Below, piece by piece: positions 36,558 to 46,607 of a stretch of DNA of 64,000 nucleotides. Below the pieces are notes generated by a model that did not search any database, was not told the DNA's origin, and saw nothing but the letters and a program-made list of their open reading frames with translations. Source of the stretch: Spirochaetales bacterium (GTDB lineage Bacteria; Spirochaetota; Spirochaetia; JABEVK01); NCBI GenBank assembly GCA_037142615.1, contig JBAXAI010000001.1, positions 256,001 to 320,000 of the forward strand. The letters are read 5' to 3'. How positions within the stretch are numbered: position 1 is the first letter of the stretch; the number at the start of each line of letters is the position of its first letter. A program made the translations under genes and the position numbers.

Positions 36558-38003
36558 TTGGGGCTTCTCGCCGTTTCCGAAAATCTCCAGTATAGGCGTC
36601 TCATAGAGAGCCTCGAGAATGAGCTCGCCTTGTCGCGGGGCAAGATCGACAAGTTGACCCAGAAGCTCGAGGTCAACGAAGATACCGGCTTGCCCAACGC
36701 CGTGGTCATGAACCGCGAAATGGAAGGACTTCTCAAGGCGACTCCCGATTCGAAGGCCGTTCTCTTCCTGTCGTTGACCGACCAGTACACCACGCTCAAG
36801 CGAACCTCGCCGAGCAAGCCCCAGTGGATTCTCTTCAACACCGCAATCCGCATCATGACCGTCGTCGCCGAGCACGGTCGGGTCTACCACACCCGCGAAG
36901 AAGAGTTTCTGATTCTTCTGGAAGACTTGCACGACCCCGTCGCTGTGACGCAATTGGCCTCCGAAATCGTGAAGCAGGTGAAGGAAGCCTACGTGCTCAA
37001 CGGGCAGACGATTTCTCTTGGCGTCAACATTGGGATCGCACTCTACCCCGAACAAGGTGAAAGCAAGTCCATTCTGCTGCGGCACGCCGACATCGCCCTC
37101 AGCGAGTCGATCAAGAACAAGAGCATGTACCAGCTCTTCACGCCCGAACTGCGGGACCGAATGATCGAAAAAGATGAGCTGCAGAAAAAGATCCTCAAAG
37201 CGCTCGAAGTGAACAACTCCGATGAGCGCCCCCAACTGATGTTGTACTTCCAACCCCAAGTCGAGATCCGCAACTGGAACACACCAGAAGTACAGGGCAG
37301 GGTGGTCGGCGCGGAAGTGCTCATCCGTTGGAATCACCCGACTGACGGCTTCATCCCACCCGGAAAGTTCATTCCGGTAGCCGAAGAGACGGGCTTGATT
37401 GTCCACATGGGCACCTGGATTCTGCACACGGCCATCAGCTGCCTCCAGGATCTGGCCCTGCAGGGGTATGGCACCATCACGGTTTCGGTCAACATTTCCA
37501 GCGTGCAGATGAACATGGACGACTTTATACCCCGCATGAAAGAGATCGTTCGCCGCCTCAAGACTGCCGACCATCCCATGAAACTGGAGCTCACTGAAAG
37601 CGGCATGGTGAACATCGAAGACACCATCAAGAAGATCGGTGACATGAAAGAGATGGGCTTTAAGATTCTGCTCGATGACTTCGGCACCGGTTACTCGTCG
37701 CTCAGTTACCTCAAGGATCTGCCGATCGACGTCGTCAAGATCGACAAGTCTTTTGTCGATGGGGTACCTGCCGGTGAAAAAGATACCGCCATGACTCGCA
37801 CTATCATCACTTTGGCGAAGGAACTCCGGAAAGACATCATTGTGGAGGGCACCGAACACCGAGAGCAGATCGACTGGCTCTTCGATCATGGTTGCACGGT
37901 CTATCAGGGCTACTACTTCAGCAAGCCCTTGCCCTATAGCGACTTTGTTCAGTACCTCAAGAACTTCCCTGCCATCTTTGAAGAGAAATCCCGACCCAAC
38001 TAG
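36558..38003 (+). CDS. c-di-GMP phosphodiesterase: degenerate GGDEF plus intact EAL domain
   Basis: DTGLPN, REEEF in place of GGDEF; FQPQ, EVLIRW, VNIS, ELTES, DDFGTGYSSL, KIDKSF, EG.E, QGY. Confidence 0.92.
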   Translation: MGLLAVSENLQYRRLIESLENELALSRGKIDKLTQKLEVNEDTGLPNAVVMNREMEGLLKATPDSKAVLFLSLTDQYTTLKRTSPSKPQWILFNTAIRIMTVVAEHGRVYHTREEEFLILLEDLHDPVAVTQLASEIVKQVKEAYVLNGQTISLGVNIGIALYPEQGESKSILLRHADIALSESIKNKSMYQLFTPELRDRMIEKDELQKKILKALEVNNSDERPQLMLYFQPQVEIRNWNTPEVQGRVVGAEVLIRWNHPTDGFIPPGKFIPVAEETGLIVHMGTWILHTAISCLQDLALQGYGTITVSVNISSVQMNMDDFIPRMKEIVRRLKTADHPMKLELTESGMVNIEDTIKKIGDMKEMGFKILLDDFGTGYSSLSYLKDLPIDVVKIDKSFVDGVPAGEKDTAMTRTIITLAKELRKDIIVEGTEHREQIDWLFDHGCTVYQGYYFSKPLPYSDFVQYLKNFPAIFEEKSRPN

Positions 38004-38944
38004 CTTTTGATTTCGTGGCTTTCGGGTATCAATCGGTGCGCCTCGTCATGATGGCTCTGGGTTTCCAGATGAGTTGTGACTACCGCATCGGGAAAGACCG
38101 CCACCAGTTCGCCTTCAATCTTGGTGGCGATGTCATGGGCCTCGACGAGCAGGACACGGTCATCAAAAATCAGATGAAACTGAAACCAATAGCGACTGCC
38201 AGAGTTTCGTGTCCGTAATTCGTGCATTGAGACCCCATGGGTCTGACACAACTTCGCCAGGAGTGTCTCGATCTTAGTCTCTTCGGCCTCGGGAACCGTG
38301 TCCATGAGACCCCGGAACGAGCGGTTGACCAGGCTCAAGCCTTCCTTGAGGATGTTGAGCGCCGCCAGAATAGCGAAGATCGGGTCGAAGTACAGACTGC
38401 TGAACCAAGGATTCTGGGCAAACATGCAAAGGAGCAACCCGATCAGAACGCCAAGTGAAGTCACGCTGTCCGTCAGAACGTGACGGCCGTTGGCTTCTAC
38501 GATCAGCGAGGAGTTCTTTTTGCCGAAGAAGATCAACGACAGGCCCAGAGCGCCGTTGATCACAACCACCAGTGCCGAAATGGCCGTGCCGAGCCCCAGT
38601 TCCTGGATAGTGGGACCCGCAATGATCTTCTTGACTGCTTCCATGATGATATAGCCTGCAGCCAGAATGATCATGGCCCCCTCAAACCCGGCCGAAAAGA
38701 AAGTGATCCGGTCGTAGCCAAACTGATGGGACTTATCGGAGCGCTTGCGGGCCAGGCGCAGGCTCCAGGCGGCGAAGGTGACCGCCACGACATGCACAAC
38801 GGATTCTGCGGCGTCCGAAAGTATCGCGGCCGACCCGGTGATCACCGTGGCGTAGCTCTTGATCGCCAGCATGAAGAAGCCCGTAACCAGTGAAATGTTC
38901 ATCATCAGGTCGAGTTGCTTGTCTTTGGCCATTTGCGCAGTCAT
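38000..38944 (-). CDS. Cation diffusion facilitator (FieF-like) transporter
   Basis: SDAAES, H.FGY.R, ANGRHVLTD, H.LRTR.SG, H.E; ATG 38944 overlaps the rarA TGA (alternative start 38989). Confidence 0.9.
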   Translation of the reverse strand: MTAQMAKDKQLDLMMNISLVTGFFMLAIKSYATVITGSAAILSDAAESVVHVVAVTFAAWSLRLARKRSDKSHQFGYDRITFFSAGFEGAMIILAAGYIIMEAVKKIIAGPTIQELGLGTAISALVVVINGALGLSLIFFGKKNSSLIVEANGRHVLTDSVTSLGVLIGLLLCMFAQNPWFSSLYFDPIFAILAALNILKEGLSLVNRSFRGLMDTVPEAEETKIETLLAKLCQTHGVSMHELRTRNSGSRYWFQFHLIFDDRVLLVEAHDIATKIEGELVAVFPDAVVTTHLETQSHHDEAHRLIPESHEIKS

Positions 38945-41088
38945 CTTTTTCCTTTGCTTCGGGACCCTATCCACCAGCTTTGTGGCCATGGTACAGGAAT
39001 CGCCGGGGGCAAGTCGCTCATCGACTTAAGAACAGGGGCCCAGTTCTGTGATTTTTCGATGAGGAATTCCGGCCAGCTTCCAGGGCGGCCCAGAGTCCAC
39101 CAGGACTTCCACTGTTGGGGCGTCACCTTTCTCGTGCCCGGAACAGTAACCTCGCGGATCTCGAAACCCCAGCCACGAAGGCGCCCCAGATGGTCGCGCC
39201 GATGGAGGAACTCGTCTTCCAGCGCACTGAGTGCCTCGAAATCGTCTCGCGAAACCAAGTCTCCGGTTAGTTGCCCGAGTGCAGAACAAAGGCGAGGCCC
39301 TCCCAGATCATTGGGGTCGGCGACAACCAGCCGGCCTCCCTCCTCGATACGTGACATCAGCAACTCGGAGTCGGCCCAACCCGGCGGCAGGCTGTCGGTT
39401 CCGATCGCGAGAATACAATCGACCTTCCCGTCGAACTCTGCCACTCCCCAACCGGACGACAGAACGACGGGCCGATGCAACTCCGGCAGAAAGCTCACCG
39501 ACTCCGCCAAGTCGGCCGCGCGGTCCGGATCCGAACAGCTGACCAGCACCTGCCCTTCGGGCACCAACTTCAAAGCCGCGAAGAGCAGGCGACCACCGAT
39601 GTCGCGGGCAATCCAGACCCGATGATGCCGTGCCAGCGCCGCGATACGAAGCAACTCGTCGACAAGCGCCTGAACTTGTCCCGGATCCTCACGTTCCAAA
39701 CGCCGCAGCCACGGAGTCTCCTGCGGCTTTGTATAGGTCAGATTGCCCCCATCGTCTGCCCAGGTGCTCTGCAGAACCTGGGCTCTGCGTTCCAGAACTG
39801 TCTCACGGATCTGCCCCTCATAGCCTTGGTCGGAGGGACGATAAAACACCTGCGTGCTCATTCCCGCAGGAAGGTACTGCTGATTGACCCAATGCTGATC
39901 GTGCTCGTGAGGGTACACGTACCCTTTGCCGTGGCCCATGGCCGGGCCATCGCGGCTGGCGTCCTTGAGCGCAGAAGGAACTTCCCCTGTGCGACTGCGC
40001 TCAAGGGTCGCCAAGGCCTCGAAGTACCCCCCCACGCTGTTACTCTTGGGGCAGGTCGCCAGATACAACGCGGCATGGGCCAGGAAATACTGCCCCTCGG
40101 GCAGTCCCACCTTCCGGAAAGCCTCGGCTGCGGCCTGGGTCACCACCAGAGCTTGTGGATCGGCGAGGCCCACGTCTTCGCTCGCCAAAATGAGCATCCT
40201 GCGGAACAGGAATGCTGGGTCTTCCCCGGCCTGAACCATACGGGCCAGCCAGTAAACCGCCGCGTCGGGGTCGCTTCCCCTGAGTGACTTGATGAAGGCA
40301 GAAATCGTGTCGTAGTGGTAGTCGCCGTCCTTGTCGTAGAGCACGGCCTTCTTTTGGATGCTCTCTTCTGCCGCCGTCAAGGAAATCCAGATTCGTTCTC
40401 CCGAAGCGGGAGGAAACGGAACGCACGAACTCTCCACGGCGAGTTCCAGCGCGTTGAGTAGGCTCCGTGCGTCCCCCGAGGCCATCTTCACCAAGTGCTC
40501 CAAGGCGCCTGGTTCCCATTCCACCCGAAAGGCCCCGTAACCCCGCCGGGCGTCGTCGAGAGCCTGAGCAGCAATCTGGCCGAGTTCTTCCTCGGTCAAC
40601 GGGAGCAGGGTAAATACTCGGCTCCGGGACACCAGGGCGGCATTTACTTCAAAGAACGGGTTTTCCGTGGTCGCTCCGATCAAAATGAAGGTACCGTTTT
40701 CGACCCAGGGCAACAGGGCATCCTGCTGACTCTTGTTCCACCGATGCACCTCATCGACAAACAAGATGGTCTTCCGGCCCTGAAGTTGGCGGGTCTCCTG
40801 CGCTTTTTCGATGAGTTCTCGGATCTCTTTGACCCCGGAAAGCACGGCATTCACCGACAGGAAGGCACCTTTGGTTGCTTGGGCGACCACGCGGGCCAAG
40901 GTTGTCTTGCCGGTACCGGGCGGTCCCGAGAGAATCAAGCTGGTGAGTTTGTCGCTCTCGATGGAACGCCGCAAGAGCCGACCGGGTCCCAGAATATGGC
41001 TCTGGCCGATGTACTGGTCGAGGGATGTAGGTCGCATCCGGCTGGCGAGAGGTTCGTAGGTGCGGGAGTTCGTCTCGAAAAGGTTCAC
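38941..41088 (-). CDS. rarA: Replication-associated recombination protein A (MgsA) with ~270 aa C-terminal extension
   Basis: PLASRMRP, GPPGTGKTT, DEVHR, GATTENP, SAFIKSLRGSDPDAA, ASEDVGLA, Y.YPH; GTG start 41088. Confidence 0.93.
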   Translation of the reverse strand: MNLFETNSRTYEPLASRMRPTSLDQYIGQSHILGPGRLLRRSIESDKLTSLILSGPPGTGKTTLARVVAQATKGAFLSVNAVLSGVKEIRELIEKAQETRQLQGRKTILFVDEVHRWNKSQQDALLPWVENGTFILIGATTENPFFEVNAALVSRSRVFTLLPLTEEELGQIAAQALDDARRGYGAFRVEWEPGALEHLVKMASGDARSLLNALELAVESSCVPFPPASGERIWISLTAAEESIQKKAVLYDKDGDYHYDTISAFIKSLRGSDPDAAVYWLARMVQAGEDPAFLFRRMLILASEDVGLADPQALVVTQAAAEAFRKVGLPEGQYFLAHAALYLATCPKSNSVGGYFEALATLERSRTGEVPSALKDASRDGPAMGHGKGYVYPHEHDQHWVNQQYLPAGMSTQVFYRPSDQGYEGQIRETVLERRAQVLQSTWADDGGNLTYTKPQETPWLRRLEREDPGQVQALVDELLRIAALARHHRVWIARDIGGRLLFAALKLVPEGQVLVSCSDPDRAADLAESVSFLPELHRPVVLSSGWGVAEFDGKVDCILAIGTDSLPPGWADSELLMSRIEEGGRLVVADPNDLGGPRLCSALGQLTGDLVSRDDFEALSALEDEFLHRRDHLGRLRGWGFEIREVTVPGTRKVTPQQWKSWWTLGRPGSWPEFLIEKSQNWAPVLKSMSDLPPAIPVPWPQSWWIGSRSKGKR

Positions 41089-41094
41089 AAAAAA

Positions 41095-41123
41095 AGTGTA
41101 CTCGGTCTTTTCTTTTTCCACAA
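41095..41123 (-). promoter_or_regulatory. Promoter 6 nt before the rarA GTG; probable leaderless start
   Basis: Minus strand TTGTGG-17 nt-TACACT-tttttt-GTG. Confidence 0.55.
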
Positions 41124-41161
41124 ATGTCCTAGGATTAAATACGCATGCGAGGAGTGACACT

Positions 41162-43381
41162 ATGAAATCTTCCGAAGGAATCCGTTTCGGAATCGGCACG
41201 AAATTAATCTTGGGCTTGGGCGCCCTTATCGCCCTGTCGGTCTTGATTGGTACGATAGCCATGGTCAGCATGCTGTCGATCCAAACGACTTCGAATGAGC
41301 TTTCGGAGCAGTTTTTGCCTGAGGCACTGATCGCCAACGAAGTAGAGCGGCAAACCTTGACCCTGATGTACAACGTTCGGGGCTACTGGCTCAGCGGAGA
41401 AAGCAAGTACTACGATCAGGCGTTGCTAAACCAGCAGGCACTCCAAAAAGCGCTGGCGGACATTCAAGTCCTGCTAGACAAGTCGCCCAAGCTGGTCAAA
41501 CTGAAGGAAGCGCTTCCCAAGGCACAGGCCGCCTTTGCGACGTACTCGGAATTGATTAAGCAGACCAAGATTGGCACCGATGGCATCGTCAAAGCTCGCG
41601 ACGCCATGAATGCGGCCGCCGGAGATTTTGTCACTTCGATCACGAAGTATATCGACAACCAAAACGAATCCATGGCCAAAGACATTGCCGCCGGTGCCAA
41701 GGCGGCCGCACTCAGCCAGCGGGTCTCCAAGATCAATGAGGGAAATCTCATTATGGACCTCGGCAATGCCATCCGTATTGCCAACTTCAAGACTCAGGCG
41801 CTGCGCGATGTCAGCTATATCAACCAGCTGATGGGCAACTTCACAATCATCGACGACAAGGTGAAGGCGCTGCTTTCGATTACCGTCCAGCAACTCAACA
41901 AGGACCAGTTGAATGAGGTGACGAACTCAGTCGGCGCCTACAAGACAGCCGTGACCGACTGGCTTGCTCACAATGCCACCCTCGACAGTCTGGCAACCCA
42001 ACGTGCTACCGTCGCCACCGAGTTGGGCGACCTCGCTCAGGCTACCAGCCTCGCGGGCGTGACCATCAGTCAGGAAAAAGCCACCGCAAACTCGGTGATC
42101 ATCAGCGTCGCCAACTGGACCATCATTGCGGGACTGCTGATCTCGATCCTACTGGGAATTGGGGTCGCCTTCGTGTTGATCCGCGCCATCACAGTGCCGC
42201 TTTCATTGGTTACGGTGCTGTCGCGCAAGGTCACCGGCGGCGATTTCGCCATCGAGCGGACCACGGTGAAGAGCCGCGACGAACTCGGGGCCCTGATCGA
42301 GTCGTTCTACGACATGGTGGACGGTCTCAAGGCCAAGGCCGCGATTATCGAGAACATCGCCAACGGAAACCTGACCAACACCATTCCCTTGGCCAGCGAC
42401 GACGACAACTTGGGGCGTTCGTTGCAACTGATGCAGAAATCGCTCAATGAGATCCTGACCCAGGTCAATATTGCCGTGGAGCAGATCGCCAGTGGTTCGG
42501 ATCAGGTATCAACGGCAGCCCAGAGTCTCAGCCAAGGAGCCACCGAGCAGGCCTCAAGCCTCGAGGAAATCACGGCCAGTTCCAACGAGATTCACGGCCA
42601 GTCCAAGCAGAATGCCGAAAATGCCACAACAGCCAATCAACTGGCCAAGGTTGCCTCGAAGAACGCGCAGGAAGGTGATCAGCGCATGCAAGGCTTGATG
42701 GTTCTCATCGAGTCGATGACCAAGAGTTCGGAAGACACCAAGAAAATCGTCAAGACCATCGACGACATTGCCTTCCAGGTCAATCTGCTGGCCCTGAATG
42801 CGAACGTGGAAGCGGCGCGGGCCGGCAAGTACGGCAAGGGTTTTGCGGTCGTTGCCGAAGAAGTTCGAAACCTTGCCGTTCGGTCGGGCAACGCGGTGCG
42901 CGAGACGACGCAAATGGTTGAACAGCAGATCCTGAATATCCAGCAGGTCAACCAAACGGCCGAGGCCACTGGCGGACAGCTCAATGAAATCCTGACAAAT
43001 GCCAACAAGGTCGCCGACTTCCTCGAAGAAATCGCGGCCTCCAGCCATGAACAGGCCACCGCCATGGGGCAAATCAACGGCGGGCTCGACCAGATCGATC
43101 AGGTCACCCAGTCGAACACCGCCAGCGCCGAAGAAAGCGCCTCGGCAGCCGAGGAGCTCAGTGGCCAAGCTCAACAGCTCAAGGTCATGGTTTCTCGCTT
43201 CCAGTTGACGAAAGACGGAACCTCGGCCCGGCCGGTGGCGGCTCCACCGACCGCGCGTCACACTCTGGCAAAGGCGACCCCTCATTCGTCGGCGCCGAAA
43301 CCCTCAACTTCGAAGCCCTATACGCCCCCGGCGGGGAGCAAGCCAGACATCTTGCTGAACGACGACTTCGATACCTTCTGA
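41162..43381 (+). CDS. Methyl-accepting chemotaxis protein (large helical periplasmic sensor, HAMP)
   Basis: Two TMs; [32 protein letters not shown]; methylation helices QASSLEE/AEESASAAEE; C-terminal DFDTF. Confidence 0.95.
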   Translation: MKSSEGIRFGIGTKLILGLGALIALSVLIGTIAMVSMLSIQTTSNELSEQFLPEALIANEVERQTLTLMYNVRGYWLSGESKYYDQALLNQQALQKALADIQVLLDKSPKLVKLKEALPKAQAAFATYSELIKQTKIGTDGIVKARDAMNAAAGDFVTSITKYIDNQNESMAKDIAAGAKAAALSQRVSKINEGNLIMDLGNAIRIANFKTQALRDVSYINQLMGNFTIIDDKVKALLSITVQQLNKDQLNEVTNSVGAYKTAVTDWLAHNATLDSLATQRATVATELGDLAQATSLAGVTISQEKATANSVIISVANWTIIAGLLISILLGIGVAFVLIRAITVPLSLVTVLSRKVTGGDFAIERTTVKSRDELGALIESFYDMVDGLKAKAAIIENIANGNLTNTIPLASDDDNLGRSLQLMQKSLNEILTQVNIAVEQIASGSDQVSTAAQSLSQGATEQASSLEEITASSNEIHGQSKQNAENATTANQLAKVASKNAQEGDQRMQGLMVLIESMTKSSEDTKKIVKTIDDIAFQVNLLALNANVEAARAGKYGKGFAVVAEEVRNLAVRSGNAVRETTQMVEQQILNIQQVNQTAEATGGQLNEILTNANKVADFLEEIAASSHEQATAMGQINGGLDQIDQVTQSNTASAEESASAAEELSGQAQQLKVMVSRFQLTKDGTSARPVAAPPTARHTLAKATPHSSAPKPSTSKPYTPPAGSKPDILLNDDFDTF

Positions 43382-43383
43382 CC

Positions 43384-43417
43384 AAAACGGTCGCCTTGAC
43401 GGCGGCCGTTTTTTTTT
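43384..43417 (+). terminator. Intrinsic terminator after the MCP gene
   Basis: AAAACGGTCGCC-TTGAC-GGCGGCCGTTTT followed by a T run. Confidence 0.85.
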
Positions 43418-43432
43418 CTATTTTTGACGGCT

Positions 43433-44089
43433 ATGACCGTCAGCCAAGCAACCAACCGCGTTCTGGGCGTTGAACGACTGGCGCCCGGGATTTTTGTCCT
43501 GCGCTTTGAAAGAAAGGGCCTGAAGTTCGAGACAGGGCAATACCTGAGCTTGGGACTGCCAGGGCTGCGGAAAGAGCGCGAATACTCGATTTACTCCGGC
43601 GAAGCGGACCCTGAACTGAGCGTGCTTGTGAAAGAAGTTCCTTCCGGCGAAATATCCCCCCAACTTGCCAAGTTGAAGCCCGGCGACGCCTTGAACGTGT
43701 CGGGGCCGTTCGGCTATTTCCTGCTACGGCCCACCATCGGCCCCGGGTATCCATTGCTGTGGATCGCTACCGGAACCGGAATTTCGCCTTTCCGCTCCTT
43801 CGCAAGGTCCTTGCCCGAAACAGATTACGTGTTGTTGCACGGCACGAGAAGTCTGGAGGAAACCGTGCTTTCGTCGGGCTTTGCTCGCAGTCAAACGGTA
43901 TCCTGCGTTTCAGGCAGCCCAGGGGGTACCTACCATGGGCGGGTAACCGGGTATCTTTCGACCATGGAGCTTTCACCCCTAACCAGAGTCTTCCTCTGTG
44001 GGAACTGCGACATGATCTATGACGCCTTCGACTTGTTGCAGGCCAAAGGGATTCCGGCAGGCCAGATCTTCACCGAAGTGTATTACTAG
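43433..44089 (+). CDS. Ferredoxin/flavodoxin-NADP+ reductase-like flavoprotein (paralog 2)
   Basis: FETGQY, REYS, G..S, GPFG.F, ATGTGISPF, LCGN, C-terminal EVYY. Confidence 0.9.
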   Translation: MTVSQATNRVLGVERLAPGIFVLRFERKGLKFETGQYLSLGLPGLRKEREYSIYSGEADPELSVLVKEVPSGEISPQLAKLKPGDALNVSGPFGYFLLRPTIGPGYPLLWIATGTGISPFRSFARSLPETDYVLLHGTRSLEETVLSSGFARSQTVSCVSGSPGGTYHGRVTGYLSTMELSPLTRVFLCGNCDMIYDAFDLLQAKGIPAGQIFTEVYY

Positions 44090-44096
44090 GAGCCTC

Positions 44097-45410
44097 ATGA
44101 AGTACTACATCCTGAATCTGGGCTGCCAGATGAACCAGGCCGACTCGGAGCGCATTCAGTCGGTATTGGAAACCATGGGGCTCCAGAAGACCGACGACGA
44201 GGCCCAAGCTTCCGTTCTTGGCCTGGTCGCCTGTTCCGTGCGTCAGAAAGCGATCGACCGGGTCCACACCAAGATCCACGAATGGAACGAACGCAAGGCG
44301 CAAGAAAACGTCGTGACCTTTCTTTCGGGCTGCGTACTACCAGCGGATGAAGACGCTTTTCTGAAGAAGTTCGACCTGATGTTCTCGATTGCCGACCTCG
44401 GCAAGTTGCCGGAACTCCTGAGGGGGCACGGAATCGTAACGCCCCTGAGTCAGACCTTGCCCGCTGGCAACGGTCTGGATCACTTCTGGAACGTGGTTCC
44501 CCAGTATTCCAGCACCTTCGAAGCGTATGTCCCCATTCAAAACGGGTGCGACAAGTTCTGTACGTTCTGCGCCGTTCCCTACACCCGAGGCCGTGAGGTC
44601 TCGCGGCCTTCAGCAGCCATCCTGCAAGAGGTGAGGGACCTTGTCGACAAGGGATTCAAAAGTATTACCCTGCTGGGACAAAACGTGAACAGCTATGGCC
44701 TCGACAAGCCCGGTGAAGAACTTTCGTTCGTCAATCTGCTGACCCAGATCGGCGAATACGGTCGTTCAACCGGCCGGGAGTTCTGGGTCTACTTCACTTC
44801 GCCGCATCCCCGAGATATGGGAACCGATATCCTCGAGGCCATCCGGGACTTTCCGGTACTCGCAAAACATATTCACTTGCCCTTGCAGTCGGGTGATGAC
44901 AAGGTTCTGATCCGGATGAACCGCAATCATTCGATGGACCGTTACCGATCTCTCGTCGGCACCTTGCGCGAACTACTCCCGGAGGCGACGCTGGTTACCG
45001 ACATCATCGTAGGCTTCACAGGAGAGTCAGTCGAACAGTTCGAGAATACACGGTTGGCGATGCGGGAGTTTGGCTACCAAATGGCTTTTGTCGCTGCCTA
45101 CAGCCCACGACCCGGCGCGGCCTCGGCCCGCTGGAACGACGATGTTCCTCTGGGCGAGAAGAAGCGTCGCTTGCAAGTTTTGACCGAAGAGCTTCACCTG
45201 AGCTCGCTGGAGTTTAACCGCAAGCTTTTGGGAAGAAACCTTCGGGTGCTCGTGGAACGCCAAGACAAGAAGGCCGGCTATTTGGCCGCAAGAACCGAGG
45301 GCAAGATCCCGATCCGGTTTGCTTCTTCCGATCTTTCACTCATCGGATCCTTCGTGTCGGTTGTCGTTGAGTCGGTGGTTCCCCTTTCGATAGAGGGCAG
45401 ACTCGTCTGA
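44097..45410 (+). CDS. miaB: Radical-SAM tRNA methylthiotransferase
   Basis: GCQMN.ADSE, CSVR, GC; GCDKFCTFC.VPYTRGRE.SR; LLGQNVNSY; FTSPHP; DIIVGF.GE; TRAM-like C-terminus. Confidence 0.93.
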   Translation: MKYYILNLGCQMNQADSERIQSVLETMGLQKTDDEAQASVLGLVACSVRQKAIDRVHTKIHEWNERKAQENVVTFLSGCVLPADEDAFLKKFDLMFSIADLGKLPELLRGHGIVTPLSQTLPAGNGLDHFWNVVPQYSSTFEAYVPIQNGCDKFCTFCAVPYTRGREVSRPSAAILQEVRDLVDKGFKSITLLGQNVNSYGLDKPGEELSFVNLLTQIGEYGRSTGREFWVYFTSPHPRDMGTDILEAIRDFPVLAKHIHLPLQSGDDKVLIRMNRNHSMDRYRSLVGTLRELLPEATLVTDIIVGFTGESVEQFENTRLAMREFGYQMAFVAAYSPRPGAASARWNDDVPLGEKKRRLQVLTEELHLSSLEFNRKLLGRNLRVLVERQDKKAGYLAARTEGKIPIRFASSDLSLIGSFVSVVVESVVPLSIEGRLV

Positions 45411-45461
45411 AAACAGGGTTGTTTCCTCAACGGTTGGCACTAGAATGAAAGGGGGGACGAA

Positions 45462-46607
45462 ATGGCGGAGAACGAACATCCCAGGATTCTCGTGGTCGAT
45501 GACGTTGCTGCAAACGTGGCTATGGTGGGAGCCGTCTTGAGGGCCGAGGGCTTTCTGGTCAGCGGTGCGCAGGGAGCGGTCGAGGCGATGGAAGTCCTAC
45601 AGAGTCAGAGCGTTGATTTGATCCTGCTCGACGTGATGATGCCGGTAACGAACGGGTTCGATTTTTCTCGGCGCCTCCACGCAATGCCGGAGACCGCCGA
45701 TCTTCCTGTAATCTTCCTGTCGGCGCTGTCGAATGAGCACGAGATTGTTCAGGGCTTTGAGGCGGGCGGCGTCGACTATGTCTCCAAGCCGTTTCATAAG
45801 CAGGAACTCTTGTCGCGGGTGCGTACCCATTTGACACTTCGGAAGGCACGCCAGGACCTCAAGGAGCAGAACCTCGTGCTGGCCCGCACGTCGCGTGAAC
45901 TGAAGGAATCCAATCTGGCCCGGGACAAGTTCCTTTCGATCCTCGCACACGACCTGAGGAACCCTTTTGCTGGAATCATGTCTTTGCAAGGTGAAATCCG
46001 CGACAATCTGGAAACCTTCAGTGCCGGGGAACTTCGCTCGGCGGTAGATGCCATCCAGACCTCGACGCAGGCTATCTATAACCTACTCACTACGCTCCTT
46101 GAGTGGGGCAAGGCCCAGACCGGCGTAGCCGTCTTTCAGTTTTCTTCCTTTTCCGTCAGTTCGGCGGTCGAGCAGGCCTTGGCGCCCCTTCAGTCGATGC
46201 TGGCACTCAAGGAACTCACCCTCCGCGTGGAAGTGGGGGCAACTCAGGTGTGGGCCGAACTGGCAAGCGTGGTTTCGATCATTCGAAATCTGCTTTCCAA
46301 CGCGGTGAAGTTTACCAAACGAAGTGGGCTGATCACCGTCGTTGCCCGAACAGAGGGCGACCAAACTGTGATAGAAGTGAAGGACACGGGGTTAGGCATG
46401 ACGCCCGAAATGCAGGATCAACTCTTCCGGCTCGACGTGAAGGTATCGACTCTCGGTACCGAAAAAGAGTCCGGGACGGGCCTGGGGCTCCTGCTGTGCA
46501 GGGAGTTTGCGGACCGAAACAGCGGGAGTCTGGATGTGGAGAGCGTATCGGGAGTAGGAACGGTCTTCCGGCTGAGACTTCCCTCCAACAAGGATGGTGG
46601 AACATGA
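45462..46607 (+). CDS. Hybrid response regulator-sensor histidine kinase (REC-HisKA-HATPase)
   Basis: [40 protein letters not shown]. Confidence 0.93.
   Translation: MAENEHPRILVVDDVAANVAMVGAVLRAEGFLVSGAQGAVEAMEVLQSQSVDLILLDVMMPVTNGFDFSRRLHAMPETADLPVIFLSALSNEHEIVQGFEAGGVDYVSKPFHKQELLSRVRTHLTLRKARQDLKEQNLVLARTSRELKESNLARDKFLSILAHDLRNPFAGIMSLQGEIRDNLETFSAGELRSAVDAIQTSTQAIYNLLTTLLEWGKAQTGVAVFQFSSFSVSSAVEQALAPLQSMLALKELTLRVEVGATQVWAELASVVSIIRNLLSNAVKFTKRSGLITVVARTEGDQTVIEVKDTGLGMTPEMQDQLFRLDVKVSTLGTEKESGTGLGLLLCREFADRNSGSLDVESVSGVGTVFRLRLPSNKDGGT

Noticed and set aside
41060-41373. Apparent head-to-head overlap of the rarA and MCP ORFs
   Set aside because: Both ORF-track starts are over-extended; GTG 41088 (minus) and ATG 41162 (plus, SD GAGGAG) leave a normal 73-bp divergent spacer.
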